NCBI GenBank assembly: GCA_001599295.1
Contig: BCGN01000007.1
Coordinates: 570,433-634,432 of the forward strand
Length of the DNA: 64,000 nt
Direction of reading: 5' to 3'
Source: Sporopachydermia quercuum
Lineage: Eukaryota
Shown: positions 20,994 to 34,082 of the stretch, in pieces
How the letters are laid out: each line of letters opens with the position of its first letter
Position numbering within the stretch: the first letter of the stretch is position 1
Made by a program: the position numbers and the translations under genes
The notes under the pieces: model-generated
Seen by the model: the letters and a program-made list of their open reading frames with translations, nothing else
Told to the model about the DNA's origin: nothing
Databases searched by the model: none

Positions 20994-23773
20994 TTTATTT
21001 TACTTATCATCAAGGAAAATAAAAACTAGTGTTCTTTCGTCAGGGAAACACTGATTTGGTCGCTCTTCGTTAAAGACCCAGATTGCACTAGTATTGATAA
21101 GCTCCGCAAGCCAGGAGACAAGTCATAGGAACAGAGGTTTACCGACAGCACACGAACTAAATATAATACACCTACTTAACTTTTCGGATCAAGAAGATGA
21201 TAAACTCAGTGATACAGCTCAAGTGACAACTTACGACCTCCTGATCGATCTACAAAAATGAGTAAATATACTCACTATAAGATGCAAAATGATTTCCAAA
21301 AATTGATATCAACCGCCAAATCTATCACGGTAATGTGAGTCAGCGCTTCTTCAATGTATGACCCTTAATGAGCAAAAATTGAAGAGTGTATAAGTTAGAT
21401 AGCTGAACCAAAATAGTAAAAGAAGAGTAAAACTAAATCTGAACGTCCTCTTTGTTCTCTTTGGAACGAGATGCTATGCAGATCAAGAATATCTGCAAAC
21501 AATCAAAGACTCAATACTAGTTCCGTTTGATAGAAGGAATGAAATGCCTTATCAAAGCCTCAGAACTCGTTTGGAAGTCCTTTCTAACGATATATATAAG
21601 ATACATGAACTATAGTCGTAGACAGTGAAAGAAACCAAGATAGGAGACAGGGTAGTTCAAATTGTCAAATAAAGTTTGTGAAGATTAAGATTAGGCATTT
21701 GAAGTGGTGAGCTAAATTTGATATACAAAATGGGAATGAGGTCTAATAACCCATCTACACTCTATTCATATTACCTTCAAGGAGGATTGAGATAAAAGGA
21801 AAGGGGTGAGAATTTGGTTTCAGAGTCGATAAAATGACTTGTCAATTGATGTTCCAACTTTTTGCCTACTTGAATTATGAAGAAAAGGGATTGTTTGTAT
21901 AAAAAATGAATATTTACAACTAGTAACTATGATTCCTAAAACTATAATCAATGACCAAGACAATTTTTTCTTCCTGTTAAGCATGGAGCAACGCCAGTAG
22001 CTTGGGTATTATCATTGTATACAATATTACATTAGATTCCGATAATGAAGCCTCAGAAAACTACCATACAACTAAAACACTAATCTGAACAATTACTATA
22101 GTAATAGCAGTAACCATAGAAAACATGTCCATAAACGCTGTCCAACAGGTAAACTTTTAAATGAGTTGTGACTTCACTCACAAGGTGCATTGAAAGTCGC
22201 ACCGCATCTAAAACATTTAGATGAATATCTTACTTTAAGGTAATTCAGTAAATTTAGGTGCCTTATACTCTATATATAATTGTTATGATCGTTATTTTGT
22301 TCTTGCTGCTACTTTTCTTCTCAGTTTTTAAACCATTCTTCGTTGCGCTATGGGTAGTTTATTATCTTTTCAATTCCATTTGGTATATAAAGTATTTTCA
22401 ATTGAGGAAACTTTATACTTACTAGCCTATGTATTAGAGTTCGAACTCTAACTCTAACTCTAACTCAAATCGAAACCAATCCTATTTTCCTTCTGCTATG
22501 CTACGACGGTCTGATCCACTCGATGCTATCTATATTCATTAGCTGTTTCTAATATTTTATTTTTTTCTAAAATAAAATAAACTAAAGAGGTTGTTTATGG
22601 CGTTATTATCGCTCACTATTATTGTGCATATTCTCGGAGTCGATAAACACGAAAAGTACCTCCAATGAATTTTTAGCTGTTGCTTCTCCTAATCTTTGAG
22701 TTAGTTGCTTTGACTCACTTAATCCAATCAATCTACCGATTTCTTCTCCAACGGAGTTCACTCTAGGAGTTTCCTAAAATTTTGAACACAGGTCTTTTTA
22801 CTTTATTTCCTAATCCTCCTTTTTAAAAAAAGATCTTTGATCTCTTTATTGGCCAGCTTCTGTTTTATTCTATTTCACTATGCATGTAACCTCTGGTTGA
22901 ACATACTGAAAGTTTACAATCACCAGATATCTATGCTACATAAAAAGTTTCACATACTTTGTAAGATCTTCTAGGCACTGTTAAATAGCCAGATTACTCC
23001 TCAATTGCTTTCCCAATTGCTATCGATGTCTCGTAATTGATTAATACTCTCCAAAATTTGAGTTCCTATTGAAACCATTAGCATAATTTTATTTAATTAT
23101 TAATAAAGAACTTATTTCATTTGGCATTCGGAATGAATAAAGAACAATTAAAATAACGAATTAGTCATTCAATGAGACCTCATGATTCCTCGTCCGGTTG
23201 CGTGAAGGAGAAATAATACTAAGAGATTCGGTCCCTCTCTAGAAACTGTTTTGGACACTGATTTTAGTCAAATTGCCGATTGTTGACCAGGATCTTGTTA
23301 ACCNTTGATTCATCACTTGCAACCAACTTCATGTACTGTTATTTTTTGTAAACTTTTACGGAAACTTATCTAGCCTCCCAAATGTACTCATTTAGACGAT
23401 TGGCTTTCAAAATAACTATTTATTCTGTTCACTTAAAGGAATAATTTTTTTGATATTCAGTCCAATCGACCATTAGGTACTTAAGTATTATTTGGACTTC
23501 ATAAATTCGCGTTTTCATCTACATATTCTATTATCCAATGACATAATCATTTATTTTCTTTCAACTCATTTTTGATTATATAATCCTTATTTATGTACTT
23601 GAATTATTGAACATTTTTCAACAAAATTATTATTGGATTGAGAATACTCCAAAATACATATATACCATAAGCCGACAAACTTGTATACTATTGGACCTTT
23701 TTGAAGTATCAAATAAATTTTGGGAATTTGTCTTGACTTTCAGTGAGATAGTAGGATTAGACGGTTTCACAAA

Positions 23774-24301
23774 ATGTTTCGAAGTTTCCCTAAGAACCCA
23801 TTACAAAAGCAGCTCGCAAGATTCAAAGCGATCTGCACAGGTCCTGGCAGCGTCTATGTTTCAAATGTGAAAAGTATAGATTTAGTGTTTAAACGATTGA
23901 ATAAAGATGGTCATATGGGTGCAAGGTAAGTGAGAGTTATTAATTCAAATCTTATTTTTTTCATTACGGCCACTAACGNAAGAAGGAAATTCTGGAGAGA
24001 AAACCTCCCACGAGTGAAGTTTTACAATCCTCATGTCCTCGTCAATGTGAAAAGAATCGATGAAGAAGTTCAATGTCCTGCAAATTTAACTATAGAATTC
24101 TGTAAGTTGCACTTTGATTAATGTACTCGCGATTTTCAAAGCTAACATCTCGCAACAGCTGATGGATCTAAATCTGTGATCGACTGCAAATATAAACACT
24201 CCACTGATATACTCGAAGAGTTCGTGAATGCTACGAAAGCTATAATTGTTCCAGAGGAGAATCAGCCAAAAATTGATTCCGAGTTCGTTATTCCCGAATA
24301 G
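23774..24301 (+). CDS. MRP49: Mitochondrial ribosomal protein mL61, 3 exons (introns 23926-23985, 24102-24158)
   Basis: Spliced product has GHMGAR|KFWRENLPRVKFYNP; stop TAG 24299-24301. Confidence 0.9.
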
Positions 24302-24496
24302 TTAGTTTTGAGTTGGAGTATATGACTTTTAAACGCTTTTGTATATAGTCAATGGAATAAATCTACAGCTTCAAGAATCTATTTTAGTAATATTTTTCTT
24401 ATCATTATATACAGTGATGGTGTCTCCACTTTCTTTTCTCAACACCAAGAATACCAACCAAGCTCATAGAATTATGACATAATGTGTAAGCAAATC

Positions 24497-24961
24497 TTAC
24501 ACTATCTTAGGGGCCAAAGTCGCTATCTTAGTATATCCTTTCTCTTTTAGCTCTTTGGCGACCACACCATTGATACGGGACCCAATCAAATCACCTGAGT
24601 TTTTGTTTATTAGCACACAGGCATTATCATCAAAACGAATGGTAGAACCATCTTTTCTTTGTGTAGGCTGCTTAGTTCTTACCACTACTGCATGAACAAT
24701 ATCTCCTCTTCTAACACGACTGGAAGCTTGCGAAGCTGTCAAATTTGGTGGTACTGGCTTGGCTTCTTGGACTACGACAACAATCCGGTCTCCAATTCTT
24801 GCACAATTTTTATCCCCTTTTCGAAGAACATTAATACATTCAACTAGCAATGCACCCTACATGAGTTGTTAGTACTCTTTCACTTAATTATCATCATTCA
24901 TTATCCAATATCAACTTACAGTGTTATCGATCACTCTCACCATAGATTTTAGGTATAACAT
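24497..24961 (-). CDS. MRPL38: Mitochondrial ribosomal protein uL14m, 2 exons (intron 24857-24919)
   Basis: MLYLKSMVRVIDNT|GALLVECI, IRFDDNACVLIN; GTAAGT/TACTAAC/TAG. Confidence 0.95.
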
Positions 24962-26069
24962 CTTGAAAAGAAAAAGTTCGAAAGCCTCTTGACTACAAAA
25001 CTACCACCTTGTGCTGTATGTTCTGTTTTCAACTAAGTACAAATAGTATGGTACCCACCATTCGACATAGCCACTGCATCACACATCTCAGAACCACTTT
25101 CTAACTATTCTAATTCCAAGTTCCCTATATCATTTTATAATCGACAAACAGAATAACTAAGTATGGTCTTGCTGTTTTCTCAAGATAGTCAGGGTAATCC
25201 TTAGCGATTTTTTTATAATGCAACTTATGCATGTTCTACATATCATTCCAGATATCTCAATGTTTATTCTCATTGAAATACTTTCTTCGGTATAGTTGGA
25301 AGCATAATGTTATACTTATTCAACAAATATAACATGAATCTACCGCTAATTACATGCTGTTGAAAAGATAAAAAGTTACATACAACAAAATAAACAATTA
25401 TCTTATTAATGCTATTAGAAAACTAAATACAAATATGCGTTCTTGTCTGTGAACTCTTTTTAGAACTGTTAGCATCAACTCTCTAGTAAGAAGCCAAGTC
25501 CTTGTAAGGTAATTACACCCATACCTTTCCTGGGCTTGTAACTCATCCGTCTAAAGTTCTTCACCTCACGTACACTATTCCAGGTTAATTATAGAAACAA
25601 ACAAACATTATAACTCATCTATCTCTTGCTTCTTTATCATTATTTATTTATTGGAAATGAATGCAAAGAAAGAAAAAAAGGAAAACGGGTACAAGAAGTG
25701 AGAGGTTCATACAATTAGTAGATCATACTTAATTTGTTGTTATCTAAGAGTGTCTTAAGTAATAAATTATCATAACGGATAGTTCGTTCTGGCTTAGGAA
25801 GTTCTCAGTTGTTGCTTGCTTGCATCATTGAAGTTGTCTTTCTTTTATTCAGTTTTACTCGTTTCTTGAAACCAAGGCGCGATATCAATTTTTTTTTTCT
25901 GTTGCCAGAGACCTTGTGAATTCAAAATTTGAGCCCAAGAATAAAAACATTAGTTCCTAGATAGAGAAGAATTTCTTTGGCCTGCTCTTTCATANTACTT
26001 GTATCTTTGTGGGCTGTGACTTGAATTGCAACTCAACCAAAGCTTCATAAACCTACTAGAAACGGCATC

Positions 26070-26903
26070 ATGAGGACGCAACTAGTTGTTATAAGCCAGA
26101 TGGTAGTACTTCTCATTTGGCTATTTGATATAGCTTCAGCAGATGTTTCCATCTCACAACCAGTCAAAGGATCAACACACGCAGGAGGAAGTGACATAGA
26201 TATTACATGGATTGATGATAATGCATTCCCATCTTTACAAGATGCTACATTTTATACATTCACATTGATGACAGGTATCAATACAGATATTCAGGCAGTG
26301 GTGCTTTTACAGGAAGAGGTGTCACCTTCAAGGGTTGTTGATGGTAGTATATCTATCCCAATTCCAGCAACTGCGGGTGCTAATGGTGTCTACTANATTC
26401 AAATTTATGCTCAATTCAGTTATGGGTACTCCATTCATTACTCCGATAGATTTACGCTTACAGGAATGACAGGTACGTTTGCCCCTGTTGGAACTATAAG
26501 TTTGAGCGCACCTTCTCCAGAGATTAATGTCCAAGCCAGTGTCGAGGAAATCAATTCGGCTTCTTTCGACATAACATATACAGCGCAAACAGGTCGTACA
26601 AGATTTGCACCCATGCAACTACAACCAAAAACCAAAGTCACAGCAACCACATGGTCGAGGAGATATCCTACCTCAGCAGTGTCTTACTATAGTACTTTAA
26701 GAAAGACACTTCAACAAATTTCTACCGTAACACCTGGTTGGTCGTACACCATCGATTCAGCGATCAACTATGCGACACCAGCTGGATATCCGGAAGATAA
26801 TGGTGGATATTACCCCGCATCAGAGAGACTTGTAGCTGCTACGTTGGCTAATACTGACGCACATCCTACCTCAAATAGTAACAAGAGACGATGGGAGGAT
26901 TAA
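26070..26903 (+). CDS. KRE9: Beta-1,6-glucan synthesis protein Kre9/Knh1, secreted
   Basis: Signal peptide, HYSDRFTL, YTAQTGRTRFAPMQLQP, TVTPGWSY..SAINYATPA. Confidence 0.94.
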   Translation: MRTQLVVISQMVVLLIWLFDIASADVSISQPVKGSTHAGGSDIDITWIDDNAFPSLQDATFYTFTLMTGINTDIQAVVLLQEEVSPSRVVDGSISIPIPATAGANGVYXIQIYAQFSYGYSIHYSDRFTLTGMTGTFAPVGTISLSAPSPEINVQASVEEINSASFDITYTAQTGRTRFAPMQLQPKTKVTATTWSRRYPTSAVSYYSTLRKTLQQISTVTPGWSYTIDSAINYATPAGYPEDNGGYYPASERLVAATLANTDAHPTSNSNKRRWED

Positions 26904-27263
26904 AATTGGTAAAACGGATAAACATGAAAGAGAATAATCATATATATATGAGAATGCACTATTGATGCATTGACTAGGGGTCTGCAGAAATCAACTAGTC
27001 GACACGGTGAAAAGACAGGAAAAATAAGTTGGCCTCAGGAAACATAATATTTGTCTTTCAATTGTAAACTGAAAAAAACAACCTATTCCATTCTTCGGTT
27101 TTAAATTTCGAGGGAACTAGAGTGGCAGGCTATTTTGAAATTCTTCAAATCCTAGTTCATACTTCAGATATGACATAGAATTCTTCAAAAGTTTATATAT
27201 AGGTAATTCTCTGTTTGGTTTGGTTATATTAAGATAGTTTTGTTAATCATGTAATGTATATCA

Positions 27264-27750
27264 TCAAAAAATCTCCTTCGCTTGTTGCGTAATCTCAATC
27301 AGGAATTTCACGGCATTTTCGTCTATAGGTAATTAGTATGATAGTTCAAAGCAAACAAGAATTAAAAGGGAAATAAGTATGATAAATATGGGACTACACC
27401 GCCATCAATCGGTAAAAACTTTTTTCTAAAGTCCCTTTGCTTTTCCTCCCAATTATTAACTTACTTATATTGGTACCGAATCCAACAACATCTAGAACTC
27501 TAATAGACTCATCATCACCTACTTTTCCCACAATTTCATAGTACTGACCAGTAGCTAGTCCATTAGACGATTCACCACCATTTATTTGTACGTTGTTGTG
27601 GTACAAAATTTTAACCTGTCCATCAGATTCCAGCTGCCCTATTCCTTGACTTTCATCATTGTCTACTAGCTTTCCAATTATTCGTACTACTGTACCAACA
27701 AATTCTTGGTAATTGGAAGCATTAACCCTTGGTGTTTGTTCTGCGGACAT
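27264..27750 (-). CDS. RFA3: Replication protein A 14-kDa subunit, 2 exons (intron 27323-27464)
   Basis: MSAEQTPRVN, VRIIGK, YYEIVGKV; exon 2 NENAVKFL...KEIF*; convergent with KRE9 as in S. cerevisiae. Confidence 0.9.
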
Positions 27751-28232
27751 TCTGTCGATTCTTCTGCTTATAAACGAATTAAACACTTGCCTAGGAATCA
27801 ATATATTTCCGATCTTCAGTTCAATATCCGAACTAGCTCAACTGATAAAGAAACTTGCCGAACAGTATGTTTTCTTAATGTGATCAACTTTTGCCATCCC
27901 ATCAGGAACAAACGCGTCTTGGATTATTTATTGACCCACAGATGCAAATAAGAGATACCTGTTATAAGACGGACTCTTTTGGTCACCAATTCTCAGTTTG
28001 GTTCATATGCGCGAGACCCTACCTCTTCTAACTTAAATTCTTTATCAGCAGAAAGTATTTCCTCTTTACCAAAATGATTTATCTCCATGATGGTGTTTTC
28101 TTCTTTAAGGAATATGAAAAGGACTTCAGTTGTGACAATAGCAGATATAACGTCAGCATTAATTATTGAGAGATCCATTTCAATTTAAGAACAGCTGGGT
28201 AGTCGAGTATACAATGTATAGTCTATGATAGG

Positions 28233-29456
28233 ATGAACGAACCTTTTGTCTCGTCAGAAGGAACCTCTTCCAACTCTCATACAGGATTGATTGGTTCATC
28301 AGATAGTGGTTCTTTGAACTTCAGGTATTACACAGAAGAGTTAGATACAAGGTTAGATACAAGGAAAAAAGATCTACTGTTTTTGGACAATGAAGAATGT
28401 ATGAGGTTTGCTGTGACAAGATTATCTCGACAGCAAAGTGAGTTTTCGACAAATCTCTGTATTCAACTGGATTATCTGTGCTGCGCTTTTCTCTTGGTTA
28501 TATATTTCAATGAGTATGTCCACGTAACTGTGTTCAACTGGGAGCAATGAATAATATCGGAGAACATACTAACACAACAACAGTATCTCATTACTACGTC
28601 TTATAATGCGGTTTATACCGTTGATAGTGAGTGTATTTTTTCTCTTGTCTAATCTTTTGATGCATGTGTTTCTAACATAAAGTAGGGTGTCACTGTAAAT
28701 ATAACGACGATAAGAAAAATTCCACCAATAAATAAAGGTGCCATAATTTTTGCTATTGTTGTATCGTCGCTGATAAGTATATTATGGCATATTCTCACCA
28801 GACCTATCGATTCGAGGCCTGGTGATCATAATTATCATTATGGAGGCCTAACACTTGAATTGATTGGTCAATGTAAGTCTCAATTTATCTACAACCTTTC
28901 ATTAGAAAGAAGAGCATTATAAAATTTATGAACGAAAATTAGCTCTAACAAATTCATAGTAGCAGGATGTTCAAAGTTCAGATTGGTCATTTATGATTTC
29001 TGTGTTCTTTTACTTCAATTAGGATTGGTTTCTCATAGATACTTTGCTGCTGTATCCGATTTCATGGATCCTATGGCAAAGATAGTTATTTCAAACTTGA
29101 ACAATCGAAGGAAAACAAACCATAAGAAGTCGAATTCGAATGCTGTAGAAAGTGCCGGTGGTTTGTTGGTTGAAAATAAGATCTATATGGCGTTTCGTTT
29201 ACTCATAGAAGGAGATGGTTCAAGTGGGATGGTGTACAGCGGTAGCATTGCATTCTTCGATACAGTCAAATGGATGATGGTATACGTTTGGAGAATTTCG
29301 ATTTATATGTTTCATAGTATTCGTTTCCGGAGGGAAAATCGACCCTCGGTCCTAAATCTCAGAGAAGGTGCACAATCAACTTCAACTAGCCCTTCCTCTC
29401 ATCAGGACAATAGCAACGATACACTTTTCCATAGAATCTTGACACCTGAAACATAA
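28233..29456 (+). CDS. DUF1746 membrane protein (Dsc4/Gld1/Vld1-like, DSC ubiquitin ligase complex), 4 exons (introns 28514-28583, 28627-28685, 28873-28959)
   Basis: Spliced product LDYL..IYFND|ISLLRL, LWHIL, HYGGLTLELIGQ, LVIYDFCVLLLQL. Confidence 0.78.
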
Positions 29457-29826
29457 TTATTTGCTTTTCTCTCAGTTTTCCTATTTTAATGACTTATGCA
29501 TCTATATTTATTCAATAAAATACAACATTTAATTCTTCATTATCTTTACCCACTCATATAATCTATTTCCTCTCAACTACACTTAAGTCACGTGCGCTTG
29601 TATACAATCTAGTGCCAAACATCTCGCCACATGCTTCTTCTTCATTTGTGAGAATCATTTGTTCATTATCATCCAATACGGCCAACAATATCGCATAGCT
29701 TCATTCATCTCTTAAATCTTTTCAGTAGAATAAAAAGTTTACCACAGGGCCTTTTCTATCTGTTTTCAACTAAATAATATCTGTGATAGGAATATTAGAT
29801 AATATTTTATTGAATACTGATCAACT

Positions 29827-30971
29827 ATGGCAATTGAATATTTGAAAACATCGGTAGAATTTGATAAGTATATCAGACTCAATCCTTTATTTGTTGCCTA
29901 TTTCACAGCTTCTTGGTGTGGTAAGTAAAATTTCTTTGTAATACGTCCTGTCTTATGCTATAATACAAATGTTAACAGCAGAGAATAGGACCATGTCAAG
30001 CTATTGCACCTGTACTTGAACAACTCTATTCTCGGTATTCTAATGTTGAAATCGTCAAGATTGACATTGATAAATCAAGAGATGTTGCAGCCCGTAATAC
30101 CATATCTGCAGTTCCAACTTTCATTTTCTATAAAGAAGGAAAGATTGTGAACAAGGTTCAAGGTGCTAATGTTCCTGGTATAAGTAGTGCTCTTGAATCG
30201 TTATCGAACTCTTTACCAAATGCTAGGCGAGTAGGTCTTAGCGAATCAACTCAACAAGGAAACACTTCCACAACCTCGAAGCCTGGAACTGGAGCTGAAA
30301 AAAGTTCCTCANAGTTCGGACAAATACAAAAGTATATACCAAATGGTTTTGAAATACTTAATGGTTATGTTTTCTCTGGTGATCTTGAAACCTTGAATGT
30401 TGCATCATTGCATAAATCAACGGATATCAAAGAGGCTTTTAAATCCGTTTTTGACACGGAGGGTAATATCAGTAAGAAAAACGAAAAGTTAGTTGTATCA
30501 GACACTGATGCCCAGATTCTTTTGTATATCCCATTGACTAATCATTGTAAAATTCACTCAGTGTTATTGAAAAGTTCTTTCAACAATAGCCTTTCTGGGA
30601 ATCAGAAAACTAAAGTTATTGATCAAAGTGATGAGGAAAAGCTATTCAGAGATTCAGAATTTGATTATGAGCAAGTACAAAAGCCCTCTAAAATCAAAAT
30701 TTGGTCGAATAGAAGTTCGATTTTATCGTTTGAAGACGCTGAATCCCTATCTGCTTTGCATTCTGAGCAATTATATACTGATCAGTGGGATAGTAATGGT
30801 TGGGTAGAAGTGAAGGTTAGGTATGTTAGATTTCAAAATACTTACTCCCTTATCATATTCCTTGATGGCAGTGATGAAGATTTTCATACACTTCTAGAAA
30901 AAATTGTTTTGATTGGAGTAAGTGGTGAAAGTAAAGATCAAGGGAAGATTGAAAAGAATGATGGACATTGA
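29827..30971 (+). CDS. TXL1: Thioredoxin-like protein 1 (Trx + PITH domain), 2 exons (intron 29921-29988)
   Basis: Splicing rebuilds the WCG|PC active site; PITH motifs SDTDAQILLYIP and RYVRFQN. Confidence 0.9.
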
Positions 30972-31183
30972 TTATTAAATGTGAGTCAAGACATTATGTA
31001 TGCAGGTTATTACTACAATAGAAGATAGTTGAATATAAACATTCTTTTTTCATTATAGTAAAAAGTTCAATCTTGTTCTGCTAATATCGTATAAAAAGCA
31101 GTCCCAACTACGATTATAATTTTACAACAGGGATCAATCCAATTTAAACAAAATAACAGGTATATAGCCCACCAATGTGGGCT

Positions 31184-32371
31184 TTAGATCAATTGTTCAC
31201 CGATGTCATTGGGGCATTCAATAATCTGAGTGGAGTAGAACTTTTCAATGCTGCTCATCATTTCAGCATCTTCGGAGGTAATCAAATTGATAGCGACACC
31301 CTTTCTACCGAAACGACCACCACGACCAATTCTGTGGATATAGTTTTCTTTGTTGGTAGGCAAGTCGAAGTTAAGAACAAGTGAAACTTGTTGAACATCA
31401 ATGCCTCTAGCCAACAAATCAGTGGCAATCAAAATTCTGGAAGAACCAGTTCTAAATTCCTTCATAATGGTGTCACGTTCCTTTTGAGTGAGTTCGGAGT
31501 GGATTGAGGAAACAGTGAAATCTCTATTCTTCAATTCATTAGCTAACCATTCAACCTTCCTCTTGGTGTTACAAAAGATGACAGCTTGAGTGACAGAGAT
31601 GGCATCGTACAAATCAACTAAACAGTCTAACTTGTATCTTTCTTCTCCAACATTAATGTAGTATTGTTTGATACCTTCAAGAGTCAATTCATCCTTCTTG
31701 ACCAAGATATGGACTGGGTTCTTCATGAACTTGGTGGTTACTTCCAAAACATCTTGAGGCATAGTAGCAGATAACAGAGCAACTTGCACAGTTTCAGGTA
31801 AGACTTGGAAAATGTTGTAAATTTGTTCCTTGAAACCAGAAGACAACATTTCGTCGGCTTCATCAAGAATGAACATCTTGATGTCAGCGGTAGTGAAGAT
31901 TCTTCTATCCATCAAATCAAAAACTCTACCAGGAGTACCAACAATGATTTGAGCACCATTTTGGAAAGCTTGGGCATCTTCATCAACAGAGGTACCACCG
32001 ATGGCTGCGTGAACGTTGACATTCAAATGTTCACCAATACCCAAAATGACCTTTTGGATTTGTAAAGCCAACTCTCTGGTGGGTGCCAAAATCAAAGCTT
32101 GAGGAGTCTTGAGGTTTTCATCAATTCTTTGTAAAGCAGAGATAGTGAAAGTGGCAGTTTTACCGGTACCAGATTGAGCTTGAGCTAAAACGTCTCTACC
32201 TTTAATGATAGGTAAGATGGCCTTTTGTTGAATGGCGGAAGGTGCATTAAAACCATAGCCGTAGATACCCCTTAAAATAGGTTCCTTGAGGTTCAAGTCG
32301 TCAAACTTGTAGATAGTTTCATCAAAGTTAGAGTCAATTTGACTTGCGTCGACGTCAGCGATTCCGGACAT
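31184..32371 (-). CDS. TIF1: Translation initiation factor eIF4A (DEAD-box helicase)
   Basis: [41 protein letters not shown]; strong codon bias. Confidence 0.97.
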   Translation of the reverse strand: MSGIADVDASQIDSNFDETIYKFDDLNLKEPILRGIYGYGFNAPSAIQQKAILPIIKGRDVLAQAQSGTGKTATFTISALQRIDENLKTPQALILAPTRELALQIQKVILGIGEHLNVNVHAAIGGTSVDEDAQAFQNGAQIIVGTPGRVFDLMDRRIFTTADIKMFILDEADEMLSSGFKEQIYNIFQVLPETVQVALLSATMPQDVLEVTTKFMKNPVHILVKKDELTLEGIKQYYINVGEERYKLDCLVDLYDAISVTQAVIFCNTKRKVEWLANELKNRDFTVSSIHSELTQKERDTIMKEFRTGSSRILIATDLLARGIDVQQVSLVLNFDLPTNKENYIHRIGRGGRFGRKGVAINLITSEDAEMMSSIEKFYSTQIIECPNDIGEQLI

Positions 32372-32402
32372 ATTGAATAAGAGTGTAAGTTATGAAAAAG
32401 AA

Positions 32403-33247
32403 CTAGAAGAAAATATGTTAGTAACTACCAGCCAAGTCTTCAGGAGTGATCGAAATATAATGTGCATCCTCAAATATTAGTATTTATCATCCTTTTTGCC
32501 CAGAGTTTCCCTGATAATTTCATTTGTTTGCATGATTCAGTATACAATTTAGAAAAATGGTTGAAACAAATGAATTAACGTAAATAGTTCTCTAGAGCAA
32601 AAAAAGTATTCCTAATGCTATAGATCTCCATCATTCGTAGCAACTTCTCATTAAGAAAATAGTCAAACTACTATCAATAATATATTTGATTCCAAAAAGC
32701 ATTTTACTATCACTTGTTATTCAAGTTCGTACTCAGCTCCCCAAATCTTTCTGATGCTTTGACTGAATCACTTCCTTTAATCAGATTTTCGTTCAGAGTT
32801 CTATCTCTATTGCACCCAAACATCTCACTTTTCCTTTACTAACAATCCCAAAAATTATTTCTGATTATGTCAACATTTGGCCATAATACAGAGTAATTTC
32901 AACTGAAAAAATTTATCACACAGAAAATTTTCAGGATATGATAGTGAACTAAACACACAAAAAGAAAAAAATGTCGTGAAGGTATAAAAACCAATCGTGA
33001 GATGAATGAACTAAATGATGCTAAACATGCGGAACAATCTAATATATACTCAGCAAGATATCGTTTTTTTTCTTTCCTGAATATTGAATCCAGATAGATG
33101 TCAAAGCTTGATGTTTGATAAGCCAAATCGAAAATCTGTTGGTTGATCTATTAACTATTTTGCCAAAACTTGAACCTACGAAATGGCCTTTGTATTCTGA
33201 TGATTCACATTACATTATTGATTGCTGGTAGAATGTCCACTACTTAC
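32403..33247 (-). other. Probable 5'UTR intron of eIF4A
   Basis: TACTAAC (32417-32423), pyrimidine tract and TAG ending 31 nt before the ATG; nearest GTAAGT donor I found is at 33247; donor is inferred. Confidence 0.55.
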
Positions 33248-33490
33248 ATTTAATTCTTTTCTAGAAACGAAATTTGTTGTTTTGTTTCTTTCAGTAGTTA
33301 CCAAAGTTGGTATTGGGTAACAAGAAAGAAAGGAGAAAAGAAGAGAAATAGACAAAGAAATCAGTTATCATCAATTCCATATTAAAGGAAAAAGGAAAAG
33401 AAAAAAATTGTTGCAAGGCAAAGTAAAGTAGATTACAAAGAATATGGAAGAAACTGAAAATTTTAGAATTCCCAAATATGGTATATATAG

Positions 33491-33498
33491 TTACCCGG
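33491..33498. promoter_or_regulatory. Reb1-type site TTACCCGG beside a TATATA, upstream of eIF4A
   Basis: Exact match to the Reb1 consensus in a likely promoter position. Confidence 0.45.
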
Positions 33499-34082
33499 TT
33501 TATTGTAGGGAAAGAGGAAAGACATCTCTCATCTCACTAAAATAATATTAGTAGGTAGTTCATAGTTGAAAGGTGACCGCAGATCTGTAAATAGCTTACG
33601 ACGACTCAAGAATATTTGTCTAACAATCCAATAGTTCAAAATATTAATTGATTGTAAAACATGGGGCAATACAGATTTTGACACTGTTGAGTATTTGTTC
33701 AGTGTCCAGCCGGTTGCCCTAGTACTATCGCTGTCCTATTCTTGACGTTTTCAGTTATACTTTATATCTATTGCGATGGTATATAGAGAGTCGTCTGATT
33801 GAGTTGTTCTACAAAGAAAGAATGTTGATTGATCAATGATATGTACATCTGTGGTTAGAAATACTCTAGTGTAAAGTGTATTAGAAAGAACTACCACAAT
33901 CAAATAAAGTGAGTATCAAACGAGTGAATGAGTATAATCACGTTGTTCGTTTCTCTTTCTAATCTAATTATATAATTATTAGAGTTAACCTGAATGCAAT
34001 TGTCTAACAAAAATTGTAAAAATTGTTATTGAAAACAGAAAAATTTGAAAAAATTTGAAAAAAACTAATAATATCAACATAT

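Noticed and set aside
27751..27801. Arg-rich in-frame extension upstream of RFA3
   Set aside because: Only 17 codons, within chance expectation; no other support
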